From: Moorella sp. UBA4076 | GTDB taxonomy: Bacteria > Bacillota > DSM-521 > Neomoorellales > Neomoorellaceae | Reading direction: 5' to 3' | Assembly (NCBI GenBank): GCA_002383405.1 | Contig: DFYS01000099.1 | Coordinates: 20,525-55,543, forward strand | Length of the DNA stretch: 35,019 nt | In this document: positions 34,877-35,019 of the stretch, one piece after another | Numbering within the stretch: the first letter of the stretch is position 1 | Layout of the letters: each line of letters starts with the position of its first letter | Notes under the pieces: model-generated | Seen by the model: the letters and a program-made list of their open reading frames with translations, nothing else | The model's database searches: none | What the model was told of the DNA's origin: nothing | Position numbers and translations under genes: made by a program

Positions 34877-35019
34877 ATGGATAGATGGATAGTTGCTGCA
34901 GCCCTGGCTAGTAGCTTCCTCTGGCTAATTATCCTGGTTGCTAAAGCCCCGTTGAATGGGGGCTATTCCCTTTTGGTTATTGGCCTCAATCTATTATTCT
35001 ATGGCTATCTTTATTTTAT
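34877..35019 (+). CDS. 5' part of a membrane protein, truncated by the window edge
   Basis: GGAGG at 34861-34865 and ATG 34877. The frame stays open to the window end, reading MDRWIVAAALASSFLWLIILVAKAPLNGGYSLLVIGLNLLFYGYLYF (two hydrophobic segments). Not in the ORF track. Confidence 0.55.
   Translation, partial: MDRWIVAAALASSFLWLIILVAKAPLNGGYSLLVIGLNLLFYGYLYF

Overview
Firmicute chromosome segment, probably a Moorella-like thermophilic clostridium (inferred from protein style and composition, not from a database search). Every credible gene is on the + strand. The left part holds leuS, an atypical 11-gene Mrp-type cation/H+ antiporter operon (E-F-G, two small MrpA/B-fragment subunits, B, C, three D/A-type subunits and one small ORF; no full-length mrpA and no hydrogenase subunit), comEA and uppP. 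The right 22 kb hold a PrpR-type sigma-54 activator, a clear -24/-12 promoter, and an apparently complete coenzyme-B12-dependent anaerobic nicotinate fermentation cluster of the Eubacterium barkeri type: Na+/solute symporter with small partner, ndhFSLM, ena, hnr, a UPF0280/ApbE-like gene, DUF1185, hgd, hmd, mgm, mii, a glmL-like gene, dml and dmdAB. Automatic annotation would likely scatter these as xdh, prpF, prpB, leuCD and sdaA. The intergenic DNA carries two homologous copies of a modular element bracketed by inverted heptamer arrays that ends just before the downstream gene's RBS, a MITE-like 14-bp inverted-repeat element with a partial second copy on the other side of comEA, and two matches to the sigma-H promoter consensus. 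Several ORF-track starts were moved downstream on RBS evidence.
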